Shown: one piece after another, positions 51,043 to 59,381 of the stretch
How positions within the stretch are numbered: the first letter of the stretch is position 1
Layout: every line of letters starts with the position of its first letter
Assembly: GCA_964593705.1 (NCBI GenBank)
Contig: CAZQIV010000018.1
Coordinates: 586-64,585 of the forward strand
Source: an uncultured Lentimicrobiaceae bacterium
GTDB taxonomy: Bacteria > Bacteroidota > Bacteroidia > Bacteroidales > 4484-276
Length of the DNA: 64,000 bases
Reading direction: 5' to 3'
Program-made: the position numbers and the translations under genes
Notes under the pieces: model-generated
Databases searched by the model: none
What the model was told of the DNA's origin: nothing
Seen by the model: the letters and a program-made list of their open reading frames with translations, nothing else

Positions 51043-51147
51043 ATGACACTTAATTTGAATATTGACATCCATCAAATTATCGGCTTAATCAATCAGCTAC
51101 CTGATCATGATAAATTGCTAATAAAAAATGAAATAAATAAAACATGA
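51043..51147 (+). CDS. 34-codon upstream ORF overlapping the AdoMetDC-like start (ATGA)
   Basis: Hand translation gives MTLNLNIDIHQIIGLINQLPDHDKLLIKNEINKT. Its TGA (51145-51147) overlaps the ATG at 51144-51146. It is below the ORF-track cutoff, and whether it is coding is unproven. Confidence 0.3.
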   Translation: MTLNLNIDIHQIIGLINQLPDHDKLLIKNEINKT

Positions 51148-51440
51148 AAGCCGAAATATTTAATTTTCAGGGATGGATAATCGAAACAGCACAGGAAAAA
51201 CTTACTGAACTCATGGAAAAACTCTTAAATTCCTCCGGTTTTACTGTTCTTGATAAAGTAGAACACGCCTTTAAACCTGACGGATTTACAGCAGTTTGGA
51301 TTCTTGCAGAAAGCCATCTTGCCGTACATTCGTTTCCCGAAGAAAGCAAAACCTACATCGAAATCAGTAGCTGCAATCAAAAAAAGAATAACACATTCGT
51401 CATGTTATTGGATAAATTAGTGATTAAAGAAGCCGGATAA
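51144..51440 (+). CDS. S-adenosylmethionine decarboxylase-like (pyruvoyl, SpeH/SpeD class 1) protein
   Basis: WILAESHLAVHSFPEESKTYIEISSCN matches the self-cleavage and active-site segment (ES-H..H.(W/F)PE......D...C) of prokaryotic AdoMetDC. At 98 aa it is shorter than typical. Confidence 0.65.
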   Translation: MKAEIFNFQGWIIETAQEKLTELMEKLLNSSGFTVLDKVEHAFKPDGFTAVWILAESHLAVHSFPEESKTYIEISSCNQKKNNTFVMLLDKLVIKEAG

Positions 51441-51442
51441 TT

Positions 51443-52513
51443 ATGAATAAAAAAACAATAATTACTGCTACCAGAATTGCTGGTGCTTCATTGTTTTTTG
51501 TACTCCTGCTTTTGATAATCAGGTATGTTGAAAAAGATGCGGAAGGGAGCTCCATAAAAACTATCTTCGATGCTTTCTGGTATTCAATTGTTACCCTTAC
51601 CACGGTAGGTTATGGCGACTCCTACCCCATAACTGTAACCGGAAAACTCCTCAGCCTGGTGTTGATCCTCTTTAGTTTGGGTGTTTTAAGTTATGTTATC
51701 GGACAAATTAGTAGTAAAATTCAGGCATATATGGAAAAGAAAAAACTCGGATTATTTGGAACAGATTTCGAAAATCATGTTATTCTGGTAGGCTGGAATG
51801 ACTTTGGAAAATTGATTGCCGATGAAATTATCCGTGCAAATCAAAAAATGGCCATCATTACCGATGAACGCAATGATGTAGATCTCATCAAAGATTTATA
51901 TGGTGATAATGTTTTTATCAATTTTGGGGAACTCAATAGCATGGAGTCACTCGAAAAAACAAATATCGGAAAATCAGTTTCACTGTTTATTAATCTTTCA
52001 GATGATTCCAAAGCCCTGGTGTATCTCATCAATCTTCGCAAATATTTCAAGGATGTTAATGTTGTGGCCTATCTTTCAAACACCGAGCTAAGAGAAACTT
52101 TTTATAGTGCCGGCGCAACCTATGTTATCCCTGAAAAAGATATAAGCTCAAAGCTTATTGCCAGTTTTGTGTTTGAGCCCGATGTGGCCAAATTTGCCGA
52201 AGACCTCATTACAACTTCAACCAATAAAGAATCATGCGACATGGTTGAGTTTAAAGTTGGCGATAAGAATCCTTTTTTAGGCATTAACTGCCTTGAAGCT
52301 TTTATTTCGCTTAAAAAAGAAAACAATGTCGTCTTGTTGGGCTTATCTAAAAAAAGCAATGACAGGTACAATTTGATTAAAAATCCGGGTGAGGAGGTCA
52401 TTGTCGAAAAGGGCGACTACCTGATAATTGTTGTTGACGGAAACTCCAAAAAAGAAATAGAAAAACTTTTTGAAGCAAAAGAAGGCCGGATGCTTCGGGT
52501 TGAAACAAAATAA
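51443..52513 (+). CDS. K+ channel with RCK/TrkA ligand-binding domains
   Basis: Pore helix plus selectivity filter SIVTLTTVGYGD, then a Rossmann-like HVILVGWNDFG (TrkA-N) and a TrkA-C-like C-terminus. It starts 2 nt after the preceding stop. Confidence 0.85.
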   Translation: MNKKTIITATRIAGASLFFVLLLLIIRYVEKDAEGSSIKTIFDAFWYSIVTLTTVGYGDSYPITVTGKLLSLVLILFSLGVLSYVIGQISSKIQAYMEKKKLGLFGTDFENHVILVGWNDFGKLIADEIIRANQKMAIITDERNDVDLIKDLYGDNVFINFGELNSMESLEKTNIGKSVSLFINLSDDSKALVYLINLRKYFKDVNVVAYLSNTELRETFYSAGATYVIPEKDISSKLIASFVFEPDVAKFAEDLITTSTNKESCDMVEFKVGDKNPFLGINCLEAFISLKKENNVVLLGLSKKSNDRYNLIKNPGEEVIVEKGDYLIIVVDGNSKKEIEKLFEAKEGRMLRVETK

Positions 52514-52552
52514 ACAGAAAGATAGCCACAACCTGTCCCGATTTTTCGGGAG

Positions 52553-52820
52553 ATGCACGGATAAGATGGGAAAAGAAAAGCCACGGATGCACGAATGAAT
52601 GCAAAAAAAGAAGCCACTAATGCACGGATGGTTTTTATCCGTGCATCCGTGGCCTAATTATCATCAGTGCATCCGTGGCCTAATTTCTATCCGTGCATCA
52701 ATAGCCTAATTTCCATCCGTGCATCCGTGGCCTAATTTCCATCCATGCATCCGTGGCCTAATTATCATCAGTGCATCCGTGGCCATTTTCCTCTAACCAT
52801 TCATCCGTGCATCCGTGGCC
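52553..52820. repeat. array of CATCCGTGCATCCGTGGCCTAATT-type units (inverted copies first, then tandem direct copies) flanking GxxExxY gene 2
   Basis: Inverted-type copies (GCCACGGATGCACG) lie at 52553-52630. At least six direct-type copies lie at 52637-52820. Confidence 0.8.
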
Positions 52821-52839
52821 ACATTTTTATTGGTGGTCT

Positions 52840-53214
52840 TCAAAGTACAAGACGTTTATATTTGAACCTTAGCTCCCCAAAATTAGCCAACAAACCAAGC
52901 CTCATCTCCGAAACCTTCAGGTAGTTGATTGTTTGTGCAATAAATTCATTCGTAATAGCCTTAACCCCTTTAACTTCAAGAATAATCTTATCCATCACAA
53001 CAAAATCAGCATAAAATTTATGAGGCAGGATAATCCCCTTATAATTCACCACAAATTCCTGCTCACGTTGATAAGGAATACCAGCCATTTTAAACTCATA
53101 TTCCAGGGCATCCTTATAAACGATTTCAAGGAAGCCGGAGCCAAGGTTGTTATGAACCTCATAACACAATCCAATTATCCGATAGGAGTCTTCTTTATAG
53201 AGTAAGTCTTTCAT
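52840..53214 (-). CDS. GxxExxY family protein (PD-(D/E)XK-like), second copy
   Basis: IIGLCYEVHNNLGSGFLEIVYKDALEYEF carries the G-x-x-E-x-x-Y motif. The start is moved to MKDLLYKE (53214), because the ORF-track N-terminus reads into the repeat array. Confidence 0.85.
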   Translation of the reverse strand: MKDLLYKEDSYRIIGLCYEVHNNLGSGFLEIVYKDALEYEFKMAGIPYQREQEFVVNYKGIILPHKFYADFVVMDKIILEVKGVKAITNEFIAQTINYLKVSEMRLGLLANFGELRFKYKRLVL

Positions 53215-53237
53215 ACATACAAAACTAAAAAATAATA

Positions 53238-53400
53238 TGCCACGGATGCACGGATGCATAAATATTTTTTCATCCGTGCATCCGTGGCCTAATTATCATC
53301 CGTGCATCCGTGGCCTAATTATCATCCGTACATTAGTGGCCTAATTTCTAACCGTGCATCGGTGGCTTTGTTTTTTAATTTCTATCCGTGCATCAGTGGC
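53238..53400. repeat. second CATCCGTG-type array, beginning with a perfect 18-bp inverted repeat
   Basis: GCCACGGATGCACGGATG (53238-53255) pairs with CATCCGTGCATCCGTGGC (53270-53287). Tandem direct units follow, up to 53400. Confidence 0.8.
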
Positions 53401-53460
53401 CATTTAATTTTTTTTTGTATCTTCGATTTTTAATTCTCAACCATAAAAAAGGAGGTATCT

Positions 53461-53757
53461 ATGCAAACTTACATTTTATTTACAAAGCTTTCAACTGATC
53501 TTTCGTATGAAATGAAAAACCGTGAACGCCAGGGACGCAGTTGGCTTGAACAGGTAAAAAGCAAATGTCCGGAGGTGAAATTTATTGCGCACTATGCAAT
53601 TTTAGGAGAGCACGATTTTATTGATATTTATGAAGCACCCGATCCTGAAACCGCCGCCAAAGTTTCGATGATAAGCCAGGCCAATGGTGCCATTCAGGCC
53701 AAGAGCATACTGGCTATTCAGTACAAACGATTTATTGAATTAACCGAAGAAATTTAA
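53461..53757 (+). CDS. GYD domain protein
   Basis: A 98-aa protein containing ...HYAILGEHDFIDIYEAPDPETAAKVSM..., typical of the GYD family. Confidence 0.7.
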   Translation: MQTYILFTKLSTDLSYEMKNRERQGRSWLEQVKSKCPEVKFIAHYAILGEHDFIDIYEAPDPETAAKVSMISQANGAIQAKSILAIQYKRFIELTEEI

Positions 53758-53784
53758 TTTCTGGAGATTTTAATCAAATCAAAA

Positions 53785-53814
53785 AATCCCTTTCTTTACA
53801 TAGAGAAGGGGATT
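53785..53814. terminator. bidirectional terminator between the convergent GYD and FRG genes
   Basis: AATCCCTTTCT pairs with AGAAGGGGATT (one G:U), flanked by an A-tract and a T-tract. Confidence 0.6.
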
Positions 53815-53822
53815 TTCTTATT

Positions 53823-54614
53823 TTATTGCTTTGGTGAGTAATGCCTTTTAAGCCATTTCGAAAGCCCATCAAATCCGGGAAATAAAACACGTTCGTTTAT
53901 ATTAACCTGATCGAGTTTATCTCTTATCTCCCACTTTATTTCAGCAGGTATCCTGATTCTGAAATACAAATCCGGTTTATCTTCCAGCCAATCATCCAGC
54001 AAACTTTCGGCATGCGACATAAAAGTAAAAATAGCAAACTGGTTCACAATACGGTTATCCAACGATGGCGATTCAAAAGCTACTGCAAATTCAGAACTAT
54101 CCTCCGACAGTTCTTCAAGATTTTCATATACCTTACTCAACATGGAGCTTGTAAAGCTATTTGAACCAATCCTGCATAACTCTTTGCTAAGTTTATCAGG
54201 CAAATAATTATTGAGAGCCTCATATTTCAATGCCCAGATAATGCCATCCCGGTCAAATTTATCCAATTCGGCGGTTACAAAATGTAAAGCAACGTAAGGC
54301 GAATATGTCCAGTCTAACAAGCGTGTTGGCAGCCCGTGATGTTGCGCCAGGGCAAGCCAGTCCCAGTCGGTATTATTGATTACCTCGGGGCGGTGCGAAT
54401 ATTTTTTGAAGTTTCGCAGCAGGTGAAATTCAAGCGTTTTAAAATTCCCGCCAAGCCTCATCAACGATGTTTTCATGGAATAATCGAAATTGGATAAACC
54501 ACGGTAAATATAGGGTGACCTGATTCTGTCGATCTTATTGTTATAAGAATCATAAAATAAAATTTCCTGTAAATCAGTCCAACCTGTAGGACAGAGTTCT
54601 TTTTTTAACTTCAT
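53823..54614 (-). CDS. FRG domain protein
   Basis: Contains YRGLSNFDY and LALAQHHGLPTRLLDWTYSPYVALHF, as in FRG-domain proteins. Confidence 0.75.
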   Translation of the reverse strand: MKLKKELCPTGWTDLQEILFYDSYNNKIDRIRSPYIYRGLSNFDYSMKTSLMRLGGNFKTLEFHLLRNFKKYSHRPEVINNTDWDWLALAQHHGLPTRLLDWTYSPYVALHFVTAELDKFDRDGIIWALKYEALNNYLPDKLSKELCRIGSNSFTSSMLSKVYENLEELSEDSSEFAVAFESPSLDNRIVNQFAIFTFMSHAESLLDDWLEDKPDLYFRIRIPAEIKWEIRDKLDQVNINERVLFPGFDGLSKWLKRHYSPKQ

Positions 54615-54797
54615 TATTTTACTTTTGTTACAAAGCTAACTTGTTTTTATCTTATCTGATCGTATTTAAAAAAATATGTGCTAAAAGCAACGATATTTTT
54701 AAAAGTAAAAAAAATTACAATTGTGATTTTCTCAATGAACATACTGGATTATGATGTGTTTAGCCTTTAATTTTTTTTCTACTTGGGGAAAAAAAAT

Positions 54798-54805
54798 TAC
54801 ATTTG
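54798..54805 (+). promoter_or_regulatory. candidate -7 box TACATTTG (TAnnTTTG)
   Basis: Exact motif match 42 nt upstream of the ATG at 54847. Confidence 0.3.
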
Positions 54806-54846
54806 ATTGTTAAAAATAATTTTCATTCACTAAACAAATTAAAAAT

Positions 54847-56205
54847 ATGAAAAAATCTTTATTTATTTTGGCAATTATCGCCGCTTTTGCTTTTACTTCA
54901 AAAGCTCAAAGCACAGATTACCCATGGTTAGTTGGAGTCAGCACCAATTATATTGATTTTAATACTATTGAACAAAGTTTGGGCGATCAGTTTTCGGATG
55001 CAAACTGGATGGAAAAAACCTTGCCCGGGATGATAAGAATTGGAAGAAACATCAACCCTTCTTTCAACGCTTCTGCACTGTTTGCCACAGTTCAGACAGA
55101 TTCTGACAAAATGAATCTGATTCCACTTGACCGAGTAATCGAAACTGATAAATTTTACAAGTTTGGGGTTCAGCTTGAATACAAATTGGCAAACGACTAC
55201 ATCATTAATCAAACCAGTTGGTTTGACCCCTATTTATTTTTAGGAATGAATGGCTCAGCCATTGATGAATTGACCTACCTCTCCAGTTCAATGGGTGTTG
55301 GATTTAATATATGGGTTATCAAGCAATTTGGAGTAAATTTCCAGGGTTCTTATGACTACAATTACGATTTTAATGATTACATGCATTATTCGATTGGATT
55401 GGTTGCCCGCATTGGAAAAAAACATGATATGGATGGAGATGGAGTTTCCGACAAGAATGATCTTTGTCCTGAAGTTGCAGGCTTGCCCGAATTTATGGGA
55501 TGCCCCGACACCGATGGTGATGGCATTGCCGACAAAGATGACGAATGCCCGAGAGCTGCAGGCCCGGCTGAGCTTAACGGATGCCCTGATACAGATGGCG
55601 ATGGCGTTGCCGACAAAAATGATCAATGTCCGAATGAGGCTGGTTTAGCTGAGTTTAACGGTTGCCCCGATACCGATGGTGATGGTGTGATGGATAAAAA
55701 CGACCGTTGCCCTGAAATTGCAGGTCTGGCAGAGTATAATGGATGCCCTGACACTGACGGCGATGGAGTTCCTGACAATTTAGATGATTGTCCTAATGAA
55801 GTGGGTCCAAAGAATAACAAAGGATGTCCTGTTCCAGTTGTTGTCCCTGTAGAAATAACCCAACAATTGGATTTCCACTCTGACCATGTACAGTTTAAAA
55901 CATCAAGTGCTGAACTAATGACACAATCTTATGAAAATCTAAATAAAGCATTAGACATTATGAAGGCTTATCCAAAAGCAAAATTTACAATTTATGGATA
56001 CACTGATAATACCGGGTCGGCTAACCTTAATTTAAAACTGTCAGTAGAGAGGGCTAATTCTGTTAAAAAATATTTTGTGAAAAAAGGTATCGATGCACTT
56101 AGGTTGGAATCAGGTGGATTTGGCGATAAAAATCCCATTGCCCCTAACGATTCACCAGAAGGAAGAGCTGAGAACAGACGCGTAGAAATTAAACTAATTC
56201 AATAA
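54847..56205 (+). CDS. OmpA-family outer-membrane protein with thrombospondin type-3 repeats
   Basis: Signal peptide and an N-terminal barrel-like region. Six D.DGDG(V/I).D..D.CP repeats follow. The C-terminal OmpA_C domain contains FTIYGYTDNTGS...NL.LS..RA..V and NRRVEI. Confidence 0.9.
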   Translation: MKKSLFILAIIAAFAFTSKAQSTDYPWLVGVSTNYIDFNTIEQSLGDQFSDANWMEKTLPGMIRIGRNINPSFNASALFATVQTDSDKMNLIPLDRVIETDKFYKFGVQLEYKLANDYIINQTSWFDPYLFLGMNGSAIDELTYLSSSMGVGFNIWVIKQFGVNFQGSYDYNYDFNDYMHYSIGLVARIGKKHDMDGDGVSDKNDLCPEVAGLPEFMGCPDTDGDGIADKDDECPRAAGPAELNGCPDTDGDGVADKNDQCPNEAGLAEFNGCPDTDGDGVMDKNDRCPEIAGLAEYNGCPDTDGDGVPDNLDDCPNEVGPKNNKGCPVPVVVPVEITQQLDFHSDHVQFKTSSAELMTQSYENLNKALDIMKAYPKAKFTIYGYTDNTGSANLNLKLSVERANSVKKYFVKKGIDALRLESGGFGDKNPIAPNDSPEGRAENRRVEIKLIQ

Positions 56206-56219
56206 TATTCTTTTTAACC

Positions 56220-56374
56220 TGATTAATTCACAAATTCGTTGAATTTGTGAATTAATCACCGAAGGCCGAAAATATTTATTTAAAATATTTTCGAGGGTTA
56301 ATCCTCGAATTTCCTTTGGAAATTCGGCTCTGCAGGCTTTTTAGCTTGCAGAATGAAAAATTCATGAATTTTTC
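56220..56374. repeat. train of six different back-to-back hairpins/palindromes
   Basis: 18-bp stem at 56220-56258; 11-bp stem at 56267-56293; 5-bp stem at 56292-56307; 9-bp stem at 56306-56326; 8-bp stem with one mismatch at 56330-56351; and the 20-nt perfect palindrome GAAAAATTCATGAATTTTTC at 56355-56374. Confidence 0.8.
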
Positions 56375-56390
56375 AGATTAACAACTTATA

Positions 56391-56427
56391 AAAAAAGAGC
56401 AATCATAAATGGTTGCTCTTTTTTTTT
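56391..56427 (+). terminator. intrinsic terminator (A-tract / hairpin / T9)
   Basis: GAGCAA (56397-56402) pairs with TTGCTC (56413-56418), extended by flanking A:T pairs, followed by TTTTTTTTT. Confidence 0.7.
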
Positions 56428-56605
56428 GCCTTACATGCAAAATTTCCCGATCGTTTTGAAAGAAAACGGTGTCGCTTAATCGCAGGGAAGACAATGCTGG
56501 TTGAGTGTTAAATTTGCAACTTTTATCAACATTTATATTTTTTTAATGAGTTCTTAAAAGTACAACTATTTGCAATCAATTCCAACCTGTATGAGCAAAA
56601 TGGGC

Positions 56606-56613
56606 TAACTTTG
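56606..56613 (+). promoter_or_regulatory. candidate -7 box TAACTTTG (TAnnTTTG)
   Basis: Exact motif match 16 nt upstream of the GTG start at 56629. A second match, TAAATTTG, lies at 56509-56516. Confidence 0.3.
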
Positions 56614-56628
56614 CAAAAATTGTAGCAC

Positions 56629-57765
56629 GTGAAGATAGCTGTTAACACCAGGCTTTTATTAAAAGGAAAACTCGAGGGAATTGGCTGGTTTACCTACGAG
56701 AACCTGAAACGAATTACCCGTCAGCACCCTGAACATGATTTTTATTTTTTGTTCGACAGGAAATTTGACCAGGAATTTATTTTTGCCGCCAATGTACATC
56801 CATTAGTAATTCATCCACAGGCACGACATCCAATACTTTATTATTTATGGTTTGAGCAAGCCATCCCCCGTACACTCAAGAAAATTGGTGCGGATATCTT
56901 TTTTTCACCCGATGGATATTTGTCGTTGAATACTGATGTGCCCTCGATGAATGTTTTTCACGACCTGAATTTTGAGCACTATCCAAAAGATTTACCCTGG
57001 ATCGAGCGTAAGTTTTACAGGCATTATTTTCCGGCTTATGCCCACAAAGCCAACCGTATTGCAACAGTATCGGAATATTCAAAAAACGATACCGTAAAGC
57101 TTTATGGTGTGGATAAAAAGAAAATTGATGTGGTATATAATGGTGCAAACGAAGCCTTTAAACCCATCGATGAAACCATAAAAGTTGAAATTAGAAATAA
57201 ATACACTGCCGGATATCCCTATTTTATTTTCGTTGGCTCCCTTCACCCGCGTAAGAATCTTGCAAGATTATTTACTGCTTTTGATGTTTTCAAAAAAACT
57301 GATCAGCAAAACATCAAGCTTTTGATAGTTGGCGAGAAAAAGTGGTGGACACCTGAAATCAATGATACTTTTGAAAAAATGGGGCACAAACAGGATGTCG
57401 TTTTTGCCGGAAGACTCAAGGTCTCTGAATTACATCTTGTTCTGGCTTCAGCATTGGCCACCGCTTATGTTAGCTACTTTGAGGGCTTTGGAATTCCTAT
57501 TATTGAATCCTATTTCTGCGATGTACCGGTTATTACTTCCAACGTTACTTCAATGCCTGAGGTTTCCGGTGATGCATCTTTGCTTGTTGACCCATTTTCG
57601 ATCGACTCGATTGCAAATGCACTAAGCAACATGGCCACCGATGAAAAGCTCAGGCAATCATTAATCGAAAAAGGAAGGGAAAGGCGTAAAATGTTTAGCT
57701 GGCAAAAAACATCTGAGCGACTTTGGTGTTCTATCCAAAAATTGATAGAACAAATTGACAAATAA
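56629..57765 (+). CDS. glycosyltransferase family 4 (GT-B, group 1)
   Basis: MKIAVNTRLL...GIGWF at the N-terminus and an E(G/S)FG(I/L)P..E-type C-terminal motif (YFEGFGIPIIES). The start codon is GTG. Confidence 0.85.
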   Translation: MKIAVNTRLLLKGKLEGIGWFTYENLKRITRQHPEHDFYFLFDRKFDQEFIFAANVHPLVIHPQARHPILYYLWFEQAIPRTLKKIGADIFFSPDGYLSLNTDVPSMNVFHDLNFEHYPKDLPWIERKFYRHYFPAYAHKANRIATVSEYSKNDTVKLYGVDKKKIDVVYNGANEAFKPIDETIKVEIRNKYTAGYPYFIFVGSLHPRKNLARLFTAFDVFKKTDQQNIKLLIVGEKKWWTPEINDTFEKMGHKQDVVFAGRLKVSELHLVLASALATAYVSYFEGFGIPIIESYFCDVPVITSNVTSMPEVSGDASLLVDPFSIDSIANALSNMATDEKLRQSLIEKGRERRKMFSWQKTSERLWCSIQKLIEQIDK

Positions 57766-57767
57766 AA

Positions 57768-58334
57768 ATGATCAGATACACACTTCCTACTTTATTCATT
57801 CTTATGCTTCCTTTATGGCTATTTCCACAACAAAACGGGAATGCCGTGAACACTTCACTCGAATTTCTTGACAATCTTACCAGACAGGATTTTGAAGCCA
57901 ACAAAAAATTTATGGCCAGGCTTTATGCCACCGACGAATTTTCGGAAACATTATCCAATTCGTGGAATTACCAGATTGATGGGTTAGGCTCATATCAAAA
58001 CCTGAAAAGTACAAAATATGACTATTTCCGAGAATATGAAATCGTTTACCTTACCTGCCAATTCGAGAAATCGGACTACACCATTAAATTGGTTTTTAAC
58101 AACAAACAGGAAATAACAGATATTTACTTCATCCCCTACCCTCCGCTTATTGCTGCCGGCGACCTGAACCACCTCTGGATAATAATGTTTTTAATTTTAT
58201 GGGAATTGACATGGAAAGCAATGGGCTTGTGGAAAGCTGGGAAAAATCAAAAACCAGGCTGGTTTATTGCCATATTCATACTTCCAACCGCCGGCATTTT
58301 ACCTATTATTTACACTTTTTTTGTAAGGGATTAA
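57768..58334 (+). CDS. DUF3887-like secreted domain fused to a DUF5652-like two-TM tail (assigned from memory)
   Basis: Signal peptide. The C-terminal LWELTWKAMGLWKAGKNQKPGWFIAIFILPTAGILPIIY resembles the small DUF5652 membrane module. Confidence 0.45.
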   Translation: MIRYTLPTLFILMLPLWLFPQQNGNAVNTSLEFLDNLTRQDFEANKKFMARLYATDEFSETLSNSWNYQIDGLGSYQNLKSTKYDYFREYEIVYLTCQFEKSDYTIKLVFNNKQEITDIYFIPYPPLIAAGDLNHLWIIMFLILWELTWKAMGLWKAGKNQKPGWFIAIFILPTAGILPIIYTFFVRD

Positions 58335-58404
58335 ATTATCACAAAACGAAAAAAGCAAGCTCAATGGGCTGCTCATATTATACTAAAAGATTTTCAAAAA
58401 AATC

Positions 58405-59274
58405 CTAATCTATCGTACCTATATCCCCTTCTGTTATATCAGGGCAATCTTTACAATCCAGACTGCGGTTGTACATTTGCATGGCTCTCAAACTCATACC
58501 CATACTTGAAAATCCACCATCGTGGAAAAGATTTTGCATAGTTACTTTTTTAGTAAGATCCGAGAAAATGGTAACACAATAATCAGCACATTCATCGGCT
58601 GTGGCATTTCCAAGTGGCGACATCCTTTCTGTAAAATCCATCAAGCCATCAATACCTTTTACACCACTACCGGCAGTAGTTTTGGTTGGCGACTGCGAAA
58701 TTGTGTTCACCCTGATTTTCCGTTCCCGGCCATAAATATATCCAAAACTTCGGGCTATCGATTCAAGCAATGCCTTAGCATCGGCCATATCATTGTAACC
58801 ATACAGCGTACGCTGGGCAGCCACGTACGATAGGGCCAGCACTGAACCCCATTCGTTGATAGCATCTAACCTATACGCTACCTGTAAAACTTTATGAAAC
58901 GAAACCGCCGAAATATCCAGGGTTTTCATCAGGTAATTATAATTCAGTTTATCGTAGGTATTTCCCTTTCTCACATTCATCGACATGCCAATGGAATGCA
59001 GGATAAAGTCAACTTTCCCGCCAAAATGCTCCATGGTTTTATTAATCAGCGCTTCCAAATCTTTTTCACTCGTGGCATCGGCAGGAATAACAAGTGAACC
59101 GGTTTTTTTTGCCAGCTCATCAAGTTCGCCAAAACGAAGGGCTACGGGCGTGTTGGTCAATACAAACTCGGCGCCTTCGGCGTGGGCTTTTTCGGCTACT
59201 TTCCATGCAATCGACATGTTGTTTAGCGCACCAAATATAATCCCCTTCTTCCCTTTTAATAAGTTATAAGTCAT
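58405..59274 (-). CDS. fabI: enoyl-[acyl-carrier-protein] reductase FabI
   Basis: LLKGKKGIIFG...SIAW is the SDR glycine-rich start typical of FabI. A SYVAA...Y......K catalytic-region pattern is present. Confidence 0.85.
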   Translation of the reverse strand: MTYNLLKGKKGIIFGALNNMSIAWKVAEKAHAEGAEFVLTNTPVALRFGELDELAKKTGSLVIPADATSEKDLEALINKTMEHFGGKVDFILHSIGMSMNVRKGNTYDKLNYNYLMKTLDISAVSFHKVLQVAYRLDAINEWGSVLALSYVAAQRTLYGYNDMADAKALLESIARSFGYIYGRERKIRVNTISQSPTKTTAGSGVKGIDGLMDFTERMSPLGNATADECADYCVTIFSDLTKKVTMQNLFHDGGFSSMGMSLRAMQMYNRSLDCKDCPDITEGDIGTID

Positions 59275-59311
59275 TGTTACCTTATTTAGTTTTGATTTAA
59301 ATAATAGCGGC

Positions 59312-59319
59312 CAAAAATA
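59312..59319 (-). promoter_or_regulatory. candidate -7 box TATTTTTG (TAnnTTTG)
   Basis: Exact minus-strand motif match 38 nt upstream of the fabI ATG. Confidence 0.3.
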
Positions 59320-59381
59320 GTATTATTCTATTAATTGCAAGATAACGTAGGTTTTCCAATCCAAAATGAAAACCGAAGAAA

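Noticed and set aside
52553-53400. Possible CRISPR array built from about 26-29-nt CATCCGTGCATCCGTGGCCTAATT units
   Set aside because: The units abut each other without unique spacers and are degenerate. The arrays sit on both sides of a GxxExxY gene, and there are no cas genes or leader. It is treated as a tandem repeat.
55430-55800. Tandem DNA repeats inside the OmpA-family gene as an unusual feature
   Set aside because: They simply encode the six thrombospondin type-3 calcium-binding repeats (D.DGDG..D..D.CP), which are common in Bacteroidota OmpA-like proteins.
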